Source: Oscillospiraceae bacterium (GTDB lineage: Bacteria; Bacillota; Clostridia; Oscillospirales; CAG-272). Taken from it: DNA of 64,000 nt. Under the pieces are notes generated by a model. It was not told where the DNA came from. It worked only from the letters and a program-made list of their open reading frames with translations, and ran no database searches. The stretch covers positions 716-64,715 of the forward strand of contig SVQI01000008.1 of assembly GCA_015065455.1 (NCBI GenBank), written 5' to 3'. Below, piece by piece: positions 16,047 to 25,256 of the stretch. The position numbers were made by a program, and so were the translations under genes. Numbering within the stretch: the first letter of the stretch is position 1; each line of letters begins with the position of its first letter.

Positions 16047-18542
16047 ATGAAAAAAATGCTTATAATTGACGGTAACAGTATAGTCAACAGAGCTTTTTAC
16101 GGAATCAGACCGCTGACCACAAAAGAGGGATTGCACACAAATGCAATCTACGGTTTTGTTAATATATTGCTGAAGAACCTGCAGAGTATTTCTCCCGATT
16201 ATGCGGCAGTTGCTTTTGATTTGAAGGCTCCTACCTTCAGACATAAACAGTATGCCGAATACAAGGCGGGAAGACACGCAATGCCGGACGAACTCAAAAT
16301 GCAGATGCCCTACGCGCATGAAACAGCAGAAAATCTTGGATTTGCCGTTCTTGAAAAAGAAGGGTATGAAGCTGACGACATCCTCGGTACACTTGCAAAA
16401 ATGGGTGAGGCAAACGGATGCGAGGTATACGTTCTGACGGGAGATAAAGATAGTTTACAGCTTATTTCGGATACTACCAAGGTCTTGCTTGCAGGTAATC
16501 AGGATACTTTAACCTTTGACAGACAGAAGTTTTTTGAAAAATACACGATTCAGCCTGAGCAGTTTGTTGACCTAAAAGCTCTTATGGGGGACAGCTCGGA
16601 TAATATTCCCGGTGTTGCGGGAGTAGGGGAGAAGACCGCCATAAAGCTGATTGCGGCGGAAGGCTCACTTGAAAATCTTTATGATGGAATAGAAAATAAG
16701 GATTACTCAGCATCAGTAAAGCAGAAGCTTATTAATTCAAAAGAAATGGCTTTCTTGTCGCAATTTTTGGCAAGGATTGAGAGAGATGCGCCTATTGGGG
16801 TTGAGCTTTCGGATATAGAATACAAGGGCTTTGACAATAAAGGACTTACCGACGTGTTTACAAAGCTTGAATTTTTCAATTTTATAAAAAGACTTGAATT
16901 GACAAGCAACACTGAATCCGTTGAATACAAGAAAACAGACGACATTACAGCACTTGATAAAAATAAAAATTATGCAATATATAAAAAGAACGATATATTA
17001 TATATTTATTCAGATAGCGTACAGGTTTGCGCAGAATTATCTGATTGTTATAGTTTTCTTGCTGACAAAGATTATAAAAAGATTGTATACGACGTAAAGC
17101 AATATTATAAAGAATTTGCCGAAAAAAATATTGAACTGAACGGCGTTTGTTTTGACGTTATGCTTGGCGCTTATCTTGCCGATTCTACCCTCGGCAGTTA
17201 TGATATTGAGCACCTGACGTCGTCGTATCTTAATGTTATCTACGAAAAGGACAAGACAGATAACGCACAGACAGTTTATAAGCTGTATTCGGTGTTAATG
17301 GATAATCTCGAACAGTCGGGAATGGTTAAGCTGATGGAAAATATAGAGCTTCCCTTGGCGCATACTTTGTCAAGTATGGAAAGACGCGGTTTCAGAATTG
17401 AACGCGAGGGACTGTACAAGTACGGCGAAGCTTTGGCGGCTATTGCCGAGGAGTTGACGGGAAGAATATATTTTGCCGCGGGGTGTGAATTTAATATAAA
17501 CTCACCAAAACAGCTGGGCGAGGTGCTTTTTGAAAAACTGGGACTTCCCGCTGTCAAGAAGACAAAAACGGGGTATTCGACCAATGCAGAAGTGCTTGAA
17601 AAATTAAGACCGTACGCCCCCATTGTTGACGATATTCTTGAATACAGACAGGTTGTGAAGCTGAAGAGCACCTACGTTGACGGACTTTTGGCTGTTGCTG
17701 ACAGAAACGGCAGAGTGCATACGACCTTTAACCAGACGGGGACGGCAACGGGCAGACTTTCTTCAACCGAGCCTAATTTGCAGAATATACCCGTAAGACA
17801 GGAAATGGGCAGAGAGCTTCGCAGATTTTTTGTTCCCGAAAATGAAAATTACGTTTTGGTTGACGCCGATTATTCACAGATAGAGCTTAGACTCCTGTCG
17901 CATATTTCGGGCGATGAAACAATGATAAACGCGTTTATTGACGGCGTTGATATTCATACCGTAACCGCATCACAGGTGTTTAATACAGCGATAGAATTTG
18001 TAACACCCGAACAGCGTAAGAGGGCTAAAGCTGTAAACTTTGGAATTATTTACGGAATGAGTGATTTTTCACTTGCAACCGATATAAAAGTATCCAAGAA
18101 ACAGGCGGGAGAATATATACAAAGCTATTTTGAAAAGTATCCGAAGGTTGACGAGTATTTGAAGAACACCGTTGAACAGGCAAAACTTGACGGATATGTT
18201 ACGACCCTGTACGGACGCAGAAGGTATATACCCGATTTGAAGTCGGGCAAGGCTATGCTTCGCAAGTTTGGTGAAAGAGTAGCTATGAACAGTCCTATTC
18301 AGGGCACGGCGGCTGATATAATAAAGATTGCTATGGTCAATACCGAACGTGCGCTCAGAGAAAGCGGAATTGATGCGCATTTGATTTTGCAAGTACACGA
18401 CGAACTTATAGTTGAATCTAACGTTAACTGTATGGAAAAAGCAAAAGAGATATTGCAAAGAGAAATGGAGAATGCAGTAAGCCTTGCAGTGCCTCTGACT
18501 GTGGAAATCCAGAGCGGCAAGACCTGGTACGAATGTAAGTAA
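16047..18542 (+). CDS. polA: DNA polymerase I
   Basis: 5'-nuclease N-terminus (LIIDGNSIVNRAFY, GDSSDNIPGV). Polymerase motifs A (VDADYSQIELR), B (RRKAKAVNFGIIYG) and C (QVHDELI). GGGAGA RBS before the ATG at 16047. Confidence 0.95.
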   Translation: MKKMLIIDGNSIVNRAFYGIRPLTTKEGLHTNAIYGFVNILLKNLQSISPDYAAVAFDLKAPTFRHKQYAEYKAGRHAMPDELKMQMPYAHETAENLGFAVLEKEGYEADDILGTLAKMGEANGCEVYVLTGDKDSLQLISDTTKVLLAGNQDTLTFDRQKFFEKYTIQPEQFVDLKALMGDSSDNIPGVAGVGEKTAIKLIAAEGSLENLYDGIENKDYSASVKQKLINSKEMAFLSQFLARIERDAPIGVELSDIEYKGFDNKGLTDVFTKLEFFNFIKRLELTSNTESVEYKKTDDITALDKNKNYAIYKKNDILYIYSDSVQVCAELSDCYSFLADKDYKKIVYDVKQYYKEFAEKNIELNGVCFDVMLGAYLADSTLGSYDIEHLTSSYLNVIYEKDKTDNAQTVYKLYSVLMDNLEQSGMVKLMENIELPLAHTLSSMERRGFRIEREGLYKYGEALAAIAEELTGRIYFAAGCEFNINSPKQLGEVLFEKLGLPAVKKTKTGYSTNAEVLEKLRPYAPIVDDILEYRQVVKLKSTYVDGLLAVADRNGRVHTTFNQTGTATGRLSSTEPNLQNIPVRQEMGRELRRFFVPENENYVLVDADYSQIELRLLSHISGDETMINAFIDGVDIHTVTASQVFNTAIEFVTPEQRKRAKAVNFGIIYGMSDFSLATDIKVSKKQAGEYIQSYFEKYPKVDEYLKNTVEQAKLDGYVTTLYGRRRYIPDLKSGKAMLRKFGERVAMNSPIQGTAADIIKIAMVNTERALRESGIDAHLILQVHDELIVESNVNCMEKAKEILQREMENAVSLAVPLTVEIQSGKTWYECK

Positions 18543-18579
18543 TTTATCCTATTAATTTAAAGAATGCATTCCAATTCTT

Positions 18580-18693
18580 GCCTTCCTCTGACGAGGAAGG
18601 TGGCTTGACGTAAAGAAAAAGACGCGTTTTCTACCTATAAGTAAAGTTGGAAAGAAAACGCGTATTTTTTAGTCAAGACGGAAGGAGAGAGAA
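18580..18693 (+). repeat. R3 unit (P1 hairpin, P2 hairpin, purine-rich tail)
   Basis: P1 is GCCTTCCTC-TGAC-GAGGAAGGTGGC. P2 is ACGCGTTTTCT...AGAAAACGCGT plus a T run. The tail is GTCAAGACGGAAGGAGAGAGAA. Confidence 0.8.
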
Positions 18694-18740
18694 TGTGAAA
18701 GTTTACACGACAAAAAAATCTTGACTTTTTAAGGTAAAAA

Positions 18741-19118
18741 ATGAAACAGTATAACAAATCAAATGTAACGTTAGCGAAAAAACTGCGACGCGAACAAACA
18801 GAGTGGGAAAGAAAATTGTGGTATTGCTATTTGAGTAAATACCCAATAAAATTTCAAAGACAGAAACCTATAGGAGAATATATTGTCGATTTTTATTGTG
18901 CAAAAGCAAAACTTGTTATTGAGCTTGATGGATACTATCATACAACAGATAAACAGTATCAAAACGATAAAAAACGAACTGAAGAAATAAGAAAACAGCA
19001 CTTAACAATATTAAGATTTACAAACCAAGAGATAGAAACAAAGTTTAATGTAGTCTGTAAAAAGATAGATGCTTTTGTGAAAAGGAGTGTGGAGATTAAT
19101 GAAGTTGTGGAAAGTTGA
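18741..19118 (+). CDS. DUF559 / Vsr-like endonuclease domain protein
   Basis: 125 aa with LAKKLRREQTEWERKLWY and YIVDFYCAKAKLVIELDGYYH motifs. Confidence 0.75.
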   Translation: MKQYNKSNVTLAKKLRREQTEWERKLWYCYLSKYPIKFQRQKPIGEYIVDFYCAKAKLVIELDGYYHTTDKQYQNDKKRTEEIRKQHLTILRFTNQEIETKFNVVCKKIDAFVKRSVEINEVVES

Positions 19119-19121
19119 TTA

Positions 19122-19231
19122 TTCTCTCTCCTTCAGTCTTGGCTAAAAACTCGGTATTTTCTTTGATTAATTATCAAGGAAGAAAATACCGAGTTTTTTT
19201 ACGCCAATCCAGCTTCCTCGTCAGAGGAAGC
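19122..19231 (-). repeat. R3 unit, inverted copy
   Basis: TTCTCTCTCCTTCAGTCTTGGC matches the reverse complement of the left tail at 20/22 positions. P2 is CTCGGTATTTTCT...AGAAAATACCGAG. P1 is GCTTCCTC-GTCA-GAGGAAGC. Confidence 0.8.
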
Positions 19232-19294
19232 CGAGTGGGAGCTGAATTTTATTGTTTTACTTATAATTTTATTATAAACAATAAAGAGGACTTT

Positions 19295-19819
19295 TTAAAA
19301 AGTCCTCTTTATTATTTCATCATTTTTGAGTGATTTTTGTACGTCAATAATTCTTTGATTTGACGAGCCGCGGAACTTAAGGCTTATATCCTTCAGTTCC
19401 TCAATAAACTCACCGTCAACCAGCACATCGACCATAGAAAGCATTTCAAGTGTTGTATCAGTAAATGCTCTCGACTCTTTTTTGCCCGTCAATTCTTCAA
19501 ATAAATATCCGCTGTACACCCAAACGTTTTTTTCGGGAAGTTCCATTTTTACTCTTCGTAAGAGCTTTACGAGAGTTTTTTGATTTTCCGGTTCAAAAGG
19601 TTCACCGCCGAGTAACGATAACCCCTCGATGTATCCCGGACTTAAAGCTTCAATAAGCTCATCTTCGGTCTGCTCCGTGTATTCTGTTCCAAAGTTGAAG
19701 TTCCACGTTTCGGGATTAAAGCAACCCTTGCAGTGATGTGTGCATCCGGAAACGAACATACTCACGCGTACGCCCGTTCCGTTTGCAATATCAACTTTTT
19801 TTATTTCGCCGTAGTTCAT
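19295..19819 (-). CDS. nrdG: anaerobic ribonucleoside-triphosphate reductase activating protein
   Basis: 174 aa with a radical-SAM-type CTHHCKGC cluster. Immediately downstream of nrdD. Confidence 0.9.
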   Translation of the reverse strand: MNYGEIKKVDIANGTGVRVSMFVSGCTHHCKGCFNPETWNFNFGTEYTEQTEDELIEALSPGYIEGLSLLGGEPFEPENQKTLVKLLRRVKMELPEKNVWVYSGYLFEELTGKKESRAFTDTTLEMLSMVDVLVDGEFIEELKDISLKFRGSSNQRIIDVQKSLKNDEIIKRTF

Positions 19820-21996
19820 TACAGGTGCAATACTCTTTCTTTAATTTCCTGAGTTCTACCCTGGTTCCAATACTGTGTACCGATATAACCGCAGGTACGT
19901 CTTGCAACGTTCATCTTATCCTGGTCTGTGTTTCCGCACTTGGGGCATTTCCAGATAAGCTTGCCGTTTTCGTCTGTTTCGATCATAATTTCGCCGTCCC
20001 AGCCGCATTCCTGGCAGTAGTCACTCTTTGTGTTAAGTTCAGCGTACATAATATTATCATAGATAAACTGCATAACCGAGATAACAGCGTCGAGGTTATT
20101 CTGCATATTGGGAACTTCAACGTAGGAGATAGCGCCGCCGGGAGAGAGTGCCTGGAATTTAGACTCAATCTTCAGCTTTGTAAACGCGTCAATATCTTCG
20201 GTAACGTGAATATGATAGCTGTTTGTAATATAGTTCTTGTCAGTAACGCCTTCAATTATTCCAAAGCGGTTCTGTAAGCATTTAGCAAACTTGTAAGTTG
20301 TACTTTCAAGTGGAGTGCCGTAGAGAGAATAGTCAATATTCTCATCAGCCTTCCATTTAGCAGTATACTCATTGAGCTTTCTCATAATTGTAAGGCCGAG
20401 TTCTTCGCCTTCGGGCTCAGTAAGCTTCTTGCCGTTCAGCGCCATTACGCATTCCCAAAGACCTGCATAGCCGAGAGAAATCGTACTGTAACCGCCATGG
20501 AGATATTTGTCGATTGTTTCGCCTTTCTTAAGACGGAGCAATGCGCCGTGCTGCCAAAGTATAGGAGCAGCGTCTGATTTTGTTCCGGTAAGTCTTTCGT
20601 GTCTGCACTGGAGAGCCTTATGGCAAAGCTCCATTCTTTCATCGAATATCTTCCAGAATTCGTTCATATTGCCTTTTGCAGAAAGAGCAATATCAACGAG
20701 GTTAACTGTAACAACACCCTGATTGAATCTGCCGTAGTATTTGGGCTTGCCGTTTTCGTCAACGTAGGGAGTGAGGAAGCTGCGGCAACCCATGCAGGTG
20801 TAGCAATTTCCGTTTCCATTTTTATCGATCTTGTTCTGGAGCATGATCTTTTCGGAAATATAGTCGGGAACCATTCTCTTAGCCGTACATTTAGCTGCAA
20901 GCTTTGTCAGATAGAAGTAAGGGGTTCCTTCCTTTATATTGTCTTCTTCAAGAACGTAAATAAGCTTGGGGAATGCGGGTGTTACCCAAACGCCGTCCTC
21001 ATTTTTTACGCCCTGATATCTCTGCAGCAATACCTGCTCAATAATAAGAGCCAAGTCTTTCTTTTCCTGCTCGTTCTTTGCTTCGTTAAGGTACATAAAC
21101 ACGGTAACGAAGGGAGCTTGTCCGTTTGTCGTCATAAGTGTTACGACCTGATACTGAATAGTTTGAACGCCTTTGCAAATTTCGTCTCTAAGACGTTTTT
21201 CAACAATAGTGCGTATCTGTTCTTCGGAAGGATTAATTCCGAGAAGTTCATTTTCTTCAATAACGTTTTTGTAGATCTTTTCTCTTGAGATCTGTACGAA
21301 GGGAGCAAGATGTGTCAAGCTGATGCTCTGACCTCCGTATTGGTTGCTTGCAACCTGAGCTATTATCTGAGTTGCAATATTACAAGCTGTTGAAAAGCTG
21401 TGGGGTTTTTCGATTTTTGTTTCGCTGATAACCGTTCCGTTCTGGAGCATATCCTCGAGGTTTACGAGGTCGCAGTTATGCATCTTCTGTGCATAGTAGT
21501 CGGAATCGTGGAAGTGAATAATACCTTCCTTGTGAGCTTGTACAATATCCTGGGGGAGCAATATACGGTCGGTGATGTCGCGGCTGACCTCTCCTGCCAT
21601 ATAGTCTCTTTGAACACTGTTTACTGTGGGGTTCTTGTTTGCATTTTCCTGTTTGATCTCCTCATTTTTGCAGTCGATCAAGGAAAGGATTCTGTCGTCT
21701 GTTGTGTTTGCTCTTCTTGCCAAAGAACGAATGTATCTGTACTTAATGTAGTTTCTTGCTACGTTGAAAGCACCGTGCTTCATAATCTCACTTTCAACCA
21801 TATCCTGTATTTCTTCAACGCCGAGAGCACGGCCGAGTTTTTCACATTCGCCTCTTACGTGGTGCTCGATAGCTTCAATGTATGCCTCCGAGAGTCTTTC
21901 GTTTTCAGGAACTGTCATATTTGCTTTTGATATAGCTATCTTGATTTTTTCGCCTTCATAAACTGTCTGCGCGCCGCTTCTTTTGATAATATTCAT
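19819..21996 (-). CDS. nrdD: anaerobic ribonucleoside-triphosphate reductase (class III)
   Basis: 725 aa. N-terminal ATP-cone, a C-terminal Zn ribbon (CQECGWDG...CPKCG) and the glycyl-radical motif RRTCGYIG. Confidence 0.95.
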   Translation of the reverse strand: MNIIKRSGAQTVYEGEKIKIAISKANMTVPENERLSEAYIEAIEHHVRGECEKLGRALGVEEIQDMVESEIMKHGAFNVARNYIKYRYIRSLARRANTTDDRILSLIDCKNEEIKQENANKNPTVNSVQRDYMAGEVSRDITDRILLPQDIVQAHKEGIIHFHDSDYYAQKMHNCDLVNLEDMLQNGTVISETKIEKPHSFSTACNIATQIIAQVASNQYGGQSISLTHLAPFVQISREKIYKNVIEENELLGINPSEEQIRTIVEKRLRDEICKGVQTIQYQVVTLMTTNGQAPFVTVFMYLNEAKNEQEKKDLALIIEQVLLQRYQGVKNEDGVWVTPAFPKLIYVLEEDNIKEGTPYFYLTKLAAKCTAKRMVPDYISEKIMLQNKIDKNGNGNCYTCMGCRSFLTPYVDENGKPKYYGRFNQGVVTVNLVDIALSAKGNMNEFWKIFDERMELCHKALQCRHERLTGTKSDAAPILWQHGALLRLKKGETIDKYLHGGYSTISLGYAGLWECVMALNGKKLTEPEGEELGLTIMRKLNEYTAKWKADENIDYSLYGTPLESTTYKFAKCLQNRFGIIEGVTDKNYITNSYHIHVTEDIDAFTKLKIESKFQALSPGGAISYVEVPNMQNNLDAVISVMQFIYDNIMYAELNTKSDYCQECGWDGEIMIETDENGKLIWKCPKCGNTDQDKMNVARRTCGYIGTQYWNQGRTQEIKERVLHL

Positions 21997-22041
21997 GCTG
22001 TTCCTCCTCTTTTTTTAGTCAAATTTTTCGTCATTGTCAAT

Positions 22042-22071
22042 ATTATAACACATACAATATGTAGAAGTCAA
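22042..22071 (-). promoter_or_regulatory. nrdDG promoter
   Basis: On the minus strand: TTGACT, an 18-nt spacer, then TG-t-TATAAT. Confidence 0.5.
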
Positions 22072-22099
22072 TAGGGAGAACGGTCACTATATATTGTGT
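22050..22099 (-). promoter_or_regulatory. two NrdR-box-like palindromes overlapping the nrdDG promoter
   Basis: On the minus strand: ACACAATATATAGTGA (22084-22099) and TCTACATATTGTATGT (22050-22065). Both resemble the acaCwAtATaTwGtgt NrdR box. Confidence 0.5.
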
Positions 22100-22207
22100 T
22101 TTTGGGATTGTATCATACGTCAGCGAAACGGGGGAGGAAAGAGTCAAAAAGGATTGATTATATGCATATATTTTGGGGTAAAAACATACCAAAAAAACGC
22201 AAAAAAA

Positions 22208-22229
22208 GTCGCCGAAAAAAATCGGCGAC
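22208..22229 (-). terminator. terminator of the abrB-like gene
   Basis: On the minus strand: GTCGCCG-ATTTTTTT-CGGCGAC followed by TTTTTTT. Confidence 0.75.
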
Positions 22230-22317
22230 ACAATATGTAGACTGAAAATTTTTTTAAAAAATTTGCAAAATATTAAAAGTAATAAATTACCGTAATAAGA
22301 ATAAAATTTATAAAGAC

Positions 22318-22560
22318 TTATTGTATCTTTAGTTCTTCTGCGCAGTCGCGGCAAATGAGCTTACCTTTAAAATAAGTAACGTTATCAGCGTTTCCGCAGA
22401 AAATACAAGCGGGCTGATATTTTTTTAAAATAATTTTGTCGTCGTCAGTAAAAATTTCAATAGCATCGCTTGTTGAAATGTCAAGGACGTTGCGTAATTC
22501 AATCGGGATTACAAAGCGTCCCAAAGAGTCAATTTTTCTTACAATTCCTGTTGATTTCAT
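22318..22560 (-). CDS. AbrB/SpoVT-family transition-state regulator with a CxxC...CxxC C-terminus
   Basis: MKSTGIVRKIDSLGRFVIPIELR swapped-hairpin N-domain. GGGGGA RBS before the ATG at 22560. Confidence 0.85.
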   Translation of the reverse strand: MKSTGIVRKIDSLGRFVIPIELRNVLDISTSDAIEIFTDDDKIILKKYQPACIFCGNADNVTYFKGKLICRDCAEELKIQ

Positions 22561-22680
22561 AACAAATTCCCCCATAACTTTTTTTAAAAAAGTGTTTATT
22601 ATCCTTGTTATGTATTTTATCACAAAAAAAGTATTTTGTCAATATTTGCCACAAAAAGTATTTTTTGGAGTTTTTGATTT

Positions 22681-23262
22681 ATGATTGGAAAAATATGTGG
22701 AATTATATGCGTAATATCCTTTATATTTGGGTGTTTTACGGGAAATTTATCTCAACTTAGCAGTGCTGTGGTTGACGGCGCGTCAAATGCGGTTACTCTG
22801 ACAATTACCCTGATGGGAATGATGTGTCTTTGGAGCGGTATTATGCGGGTTGCTCAGGTTTCGGGTATTATAGATAAATTTGCATCTTTAATGTCTCCTG
22901 TGTTAAAGTTTTTATTCCCGGATGCTTATAAAAAGAAAAACGGACTTGGAGAAATTGCCGCGAGCATAAGTGCCAATATATTTGGTATTGGAAATGCGGC
23001 AACCCCTCTTGCAATATGTGCTATGGAGAAGCTGCAGGAAAATAATGAAAAAAAGGATGTAGCAACAAATGATATGATTATGTTTGCTGTACTCGGTACC
23101 GCTTCGTTTGATATTTTTCCTACAACGCTTATAGCATTGAGGAGAGCGGCTGACAGTCAGAATCCGTTTGAGATAATAGTGCCCGTATGGATATGTTCTT
23201 TTTTAACAGCTGTGTTTGCGGTGTTGCTTGTAAAAGGATTCTGCGCTTTAAAAAAACGTTAA
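22681..23262 (+). CDS. spmA: spore maturation protein A (nucleoside-recognition domain membrane protein)
   Basis: 193 aa, polytopic. Paired with spmB. Confidence 0.75.
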   Translation: MIGKICGIICVISFIFGCFTGNLSQLSSAVVDGASNAVTLTITLMGMMCLWSGIMRVAQVSGIIDKFASLMSPVLKFLFPDAYKKKNGLGEIAASISANIFGIGNAATPLAICAMEKLQENNEKKDVATNDMIMFAVLGTASFDIFPTTLIALRRAADSQNPFEIIVPVWICSFLTAVFAVLLVKGFCALKKR

Positions 23263-23311
23263 AATGCCGTATATATTATATATAATTAAAAAGGAAGGAA
23301 ATTTGTCGGAA

Positions 23312-23833
23312 ATGGCTGTATTGTCTCAAATTATAGTTCCTCTTGTAATGGCTCTCGTGGGAATTGGAATGGTCGTGTCCAAAAAAGACTTGTTTTCGGC
23401 GTTTACCGATGGGGCAAAGGATGGAATGAAAACGGCGTTTTCGCTTTTGCCTACGTTAGTAGTTTTGCTTTCGGCAATAGCGATGTTTAACGGAAGCGGG
23501 GCATCGGTGGCTTTGGCCAAGTTCTTGTCTCCGTTGGGAGAGAAGATCGGAATACCTTCTGAAATAATTCCGCTTGTACTGGTAAGACCGTTGTCGGGGG
23601 GAGCGTCAACGGCTTTAATAACCGATATATTTGAAAAATACGGTCCCGATAGCTTTGCGGGAAGGTGTGCTTCTGTAATAGCGGGCTCATCTGATACGCT
23701 TTTATACGTAATTTCTGTGTATTTTGGGGCTGTTGGGGTGAAAAAAACGCGCGGTAGTGTGCCAATTTCCTTTTTTGTTATGGTTTTTTGCGTGTTTTTG
23801 TCCGTGCTTATGTGCAGAATAGTGTTTATTTAG
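23312..23833 (+). CDS. spmB: spore maturation protein B
   Basis: Polytopic membrane protein directly after spmA. Start trimmed to MAVLSQ. Confidence 0.75.
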   Translation: MAVLSQIIVPLVMALVGIGMVVSKKDLFSAFTDGAKDGMKTAFSLLPTLVVLLSAIAMFNGSGASVALAKFLSPLGEKIGIPSEIIPLVLVRPLSGGASTALITDIFEKYGPDSFAGRCASVIAGSSDTLLYVISVYFGAVGVKKTRGSVPISFFVMVFCVFLSVLMCRIVFI

Positions 23834-23918
23834 CATACTTTTGTGCATAATGTAGATAAATAGGTAAAAAAATACATAAAAATTCTACGTTTTGGATATA
23901 AGAAAAATTGTAAAACTA

Positions 23919-23947
23919 TTGCAATTATGGGGAGAATATGATATAAT
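23919..23947 (+). promoter_or_regulatory. strong sigma-A promoter of the S10 operon
   Basis: TTGCAA, a 17-nt spacer, then TG-a-TATAAT. About 260 nt upstream of the rpsJ ATG. Confidence 0.6.
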
Positions 23948-24082
23948 TACAAGGCTTGATGTGCGTTGAAGCGAGAGGTTGCTGTAGAAATACAGGTAAT
24001 TTTCGTGGAGTATGTCCGATATTTAACCGGGCGACAGCAAATTGCTAAACACTTACCCGTGCGTTTTTGCGCGGACGTTACC

Positions 24083-24121
24083 CGGATTTTGCCCTGAGTT
24101 GCAGGCAAATTCCGTTTTTTG
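24083..24121 (+). terminator. terminator-like hairpin inside the S10 leader (candidate attenuator)
   Basis: CGGATTTTGCC / GGCAAATTCCG stem (one mismatch), a 10-nt loop, then TTTTTT. About 90 nt before rpsJ. Confidence 0.45.
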
Positions 24122-24211
24122 TAAGGTCTGCTAAGAAACACCCGGCAGAGTGTTAGAGACAATTTCGGCCCTTTTAAATGGAGTTAATTATTTAAAAGGA
24201 GGCAAAACAAA

Positions 24212-24523
24212 ATGGCAGTTATTGAGAAACTCAGAATTCGTCTTAAGAGCTACGATCACACATTGATCGACCAGGCTGCAGAGAAGATCGTTGAGACAGC
24301 GAAGAGAAACGGTGCTAAGGTATCGGGTCCCATTCCGCTTCCCACTGAAAAGGAAATCGTAACGATTCTTCGTGCTGTACACAAGTACAAGGACAGCCGT
24401 GAGCAGTTCGAAATGCGTACTCACAAGCGTCTTATTGACGTAATCAAACCGTCCGAAGAAGCAGTTAAGGCTTTCACAAGTCTCGAGCTTCCCGCAGGCG
24501 TTGAAATCGAAATCAAACTGTAA
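24212..24523 (+). CDS. rpsJ: 30S ribosomal protein S10
   Basis: [15 protein letters not shown]... 103 aa. First gene of the S10 operon. Confidence 0.97.
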   Translation: MAVIEKLRIRLKSYDHTLIDQAAEKIVETAKRNGAKVSGPIPLPTEKEIVTILRAVHKYKDSREQFEMRTHKRLIDVIKPSEEAVKAFTSLELPAGVEIEIKL

Positions 24524-24608
24524 TAAAATACGGTTTTGAAAATGAGACCGAAAGGTCTTGGTCACGTTGGAGAATTCCAACCAATAACCTAACAGGAGGA
24601 AAAACAAA

Positions 24609-25238
24609 ATGAAAAAGGCGATCATCGGTAAGAAACTCGGGATGACACAGATTTTCGATGAAAAAGGCAACGTAATTCCGGTAACCGTAATCGAAGCGGG
24701 ACCCTGCGTGGTTTCGCAGATCAAAACAAACGAAACAGATGGTTATGAAGCAGTTCAGCTCGGCTTTATGGATATAGCCGAAAGAAAGTTGAACAAGGCT
24801 GAAGCAGGTCACTTGAAGAAGGCCGGCGTTTCCATGAAGAAGCACTTGAAGGAATTCAGACTTGATGACATTTCCGGATACAAGCTTGGCGATACCGTCA
24901 CCGCAGACATCTTTGCCGCAGGTGAAAAGGTCGACATTACCGGTATTACAAAGGGTCACGGATACACAGGTGCTATCAAGAGATGGAACCAGCACACACT
25001 TATGAAGACTCACGGCGTAGGTCCTATCCACCGTCAGTCAGGTTCTATGGGTGTTATCGACCCTGCGAGAATTTTCAAGAACAAACACATGGCAGGACAG
25101 TACGGTAGCGAACAGGTAACAGTTCTCAACCTCGCTGTTGCAAAAATCGATGCAGAAAAGAACATTATTGCTGTAAAAGGTGCCGTTCCCGGCGCTAAAG
25201 GCGGCATCGTGTTCATCCGCAGTGCGGTAAAAGCGTAA
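24609..25238 (+). CDS. rplC: 50S ribosomal protein L3
   Basis: IIGKKLGMTQIFDEKGNVIPVTVIEAGPC. 209 aa. Confidence 0.97.
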   Translation: MKKAIIGKKLGMTQIFDEKGNVIPVTVIEAGPCVVSQIKTNETDGYEAVQLGFMDIAERKLNKAEAGHLKKAGVSMKKHLKEFRLDDISGYKLGDTVTADIFAAGEKVDITGITKGHGYTGAIKRWNQHTLMKTHGVGPIHRQSGSMGVIDPARIFKNKHMAGQYGSEQVTVLNLAVAKIDAEKNIIAVKGAVPGAKGGIVFIRSAVKA

Positions 25239-25256
25239 GCGGAAGGAGGAAATGAG

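Larger units (their letters stand above)
18580..19231. mobile_element. candidate inverted-repeat-bounded cassette carrying a DUF559 endonuclease gene
   Basis: Two R3 units in inverted orientation (18580-18693 and 19122-19231) bracket a single ORF. See findings. Confidence 0.4.

Noticed and set aside
21997-22317. A cobalamin or other riboswitch in the 320-nt region upstream of nrdD
   Set aside because: No B12-box-like GCCACTG (or its complement on the + strand) and no other riboswitch core that I recognise. The promoter plus NrdR-like boxes and the abrB terminator account for the conserved-looking parts.
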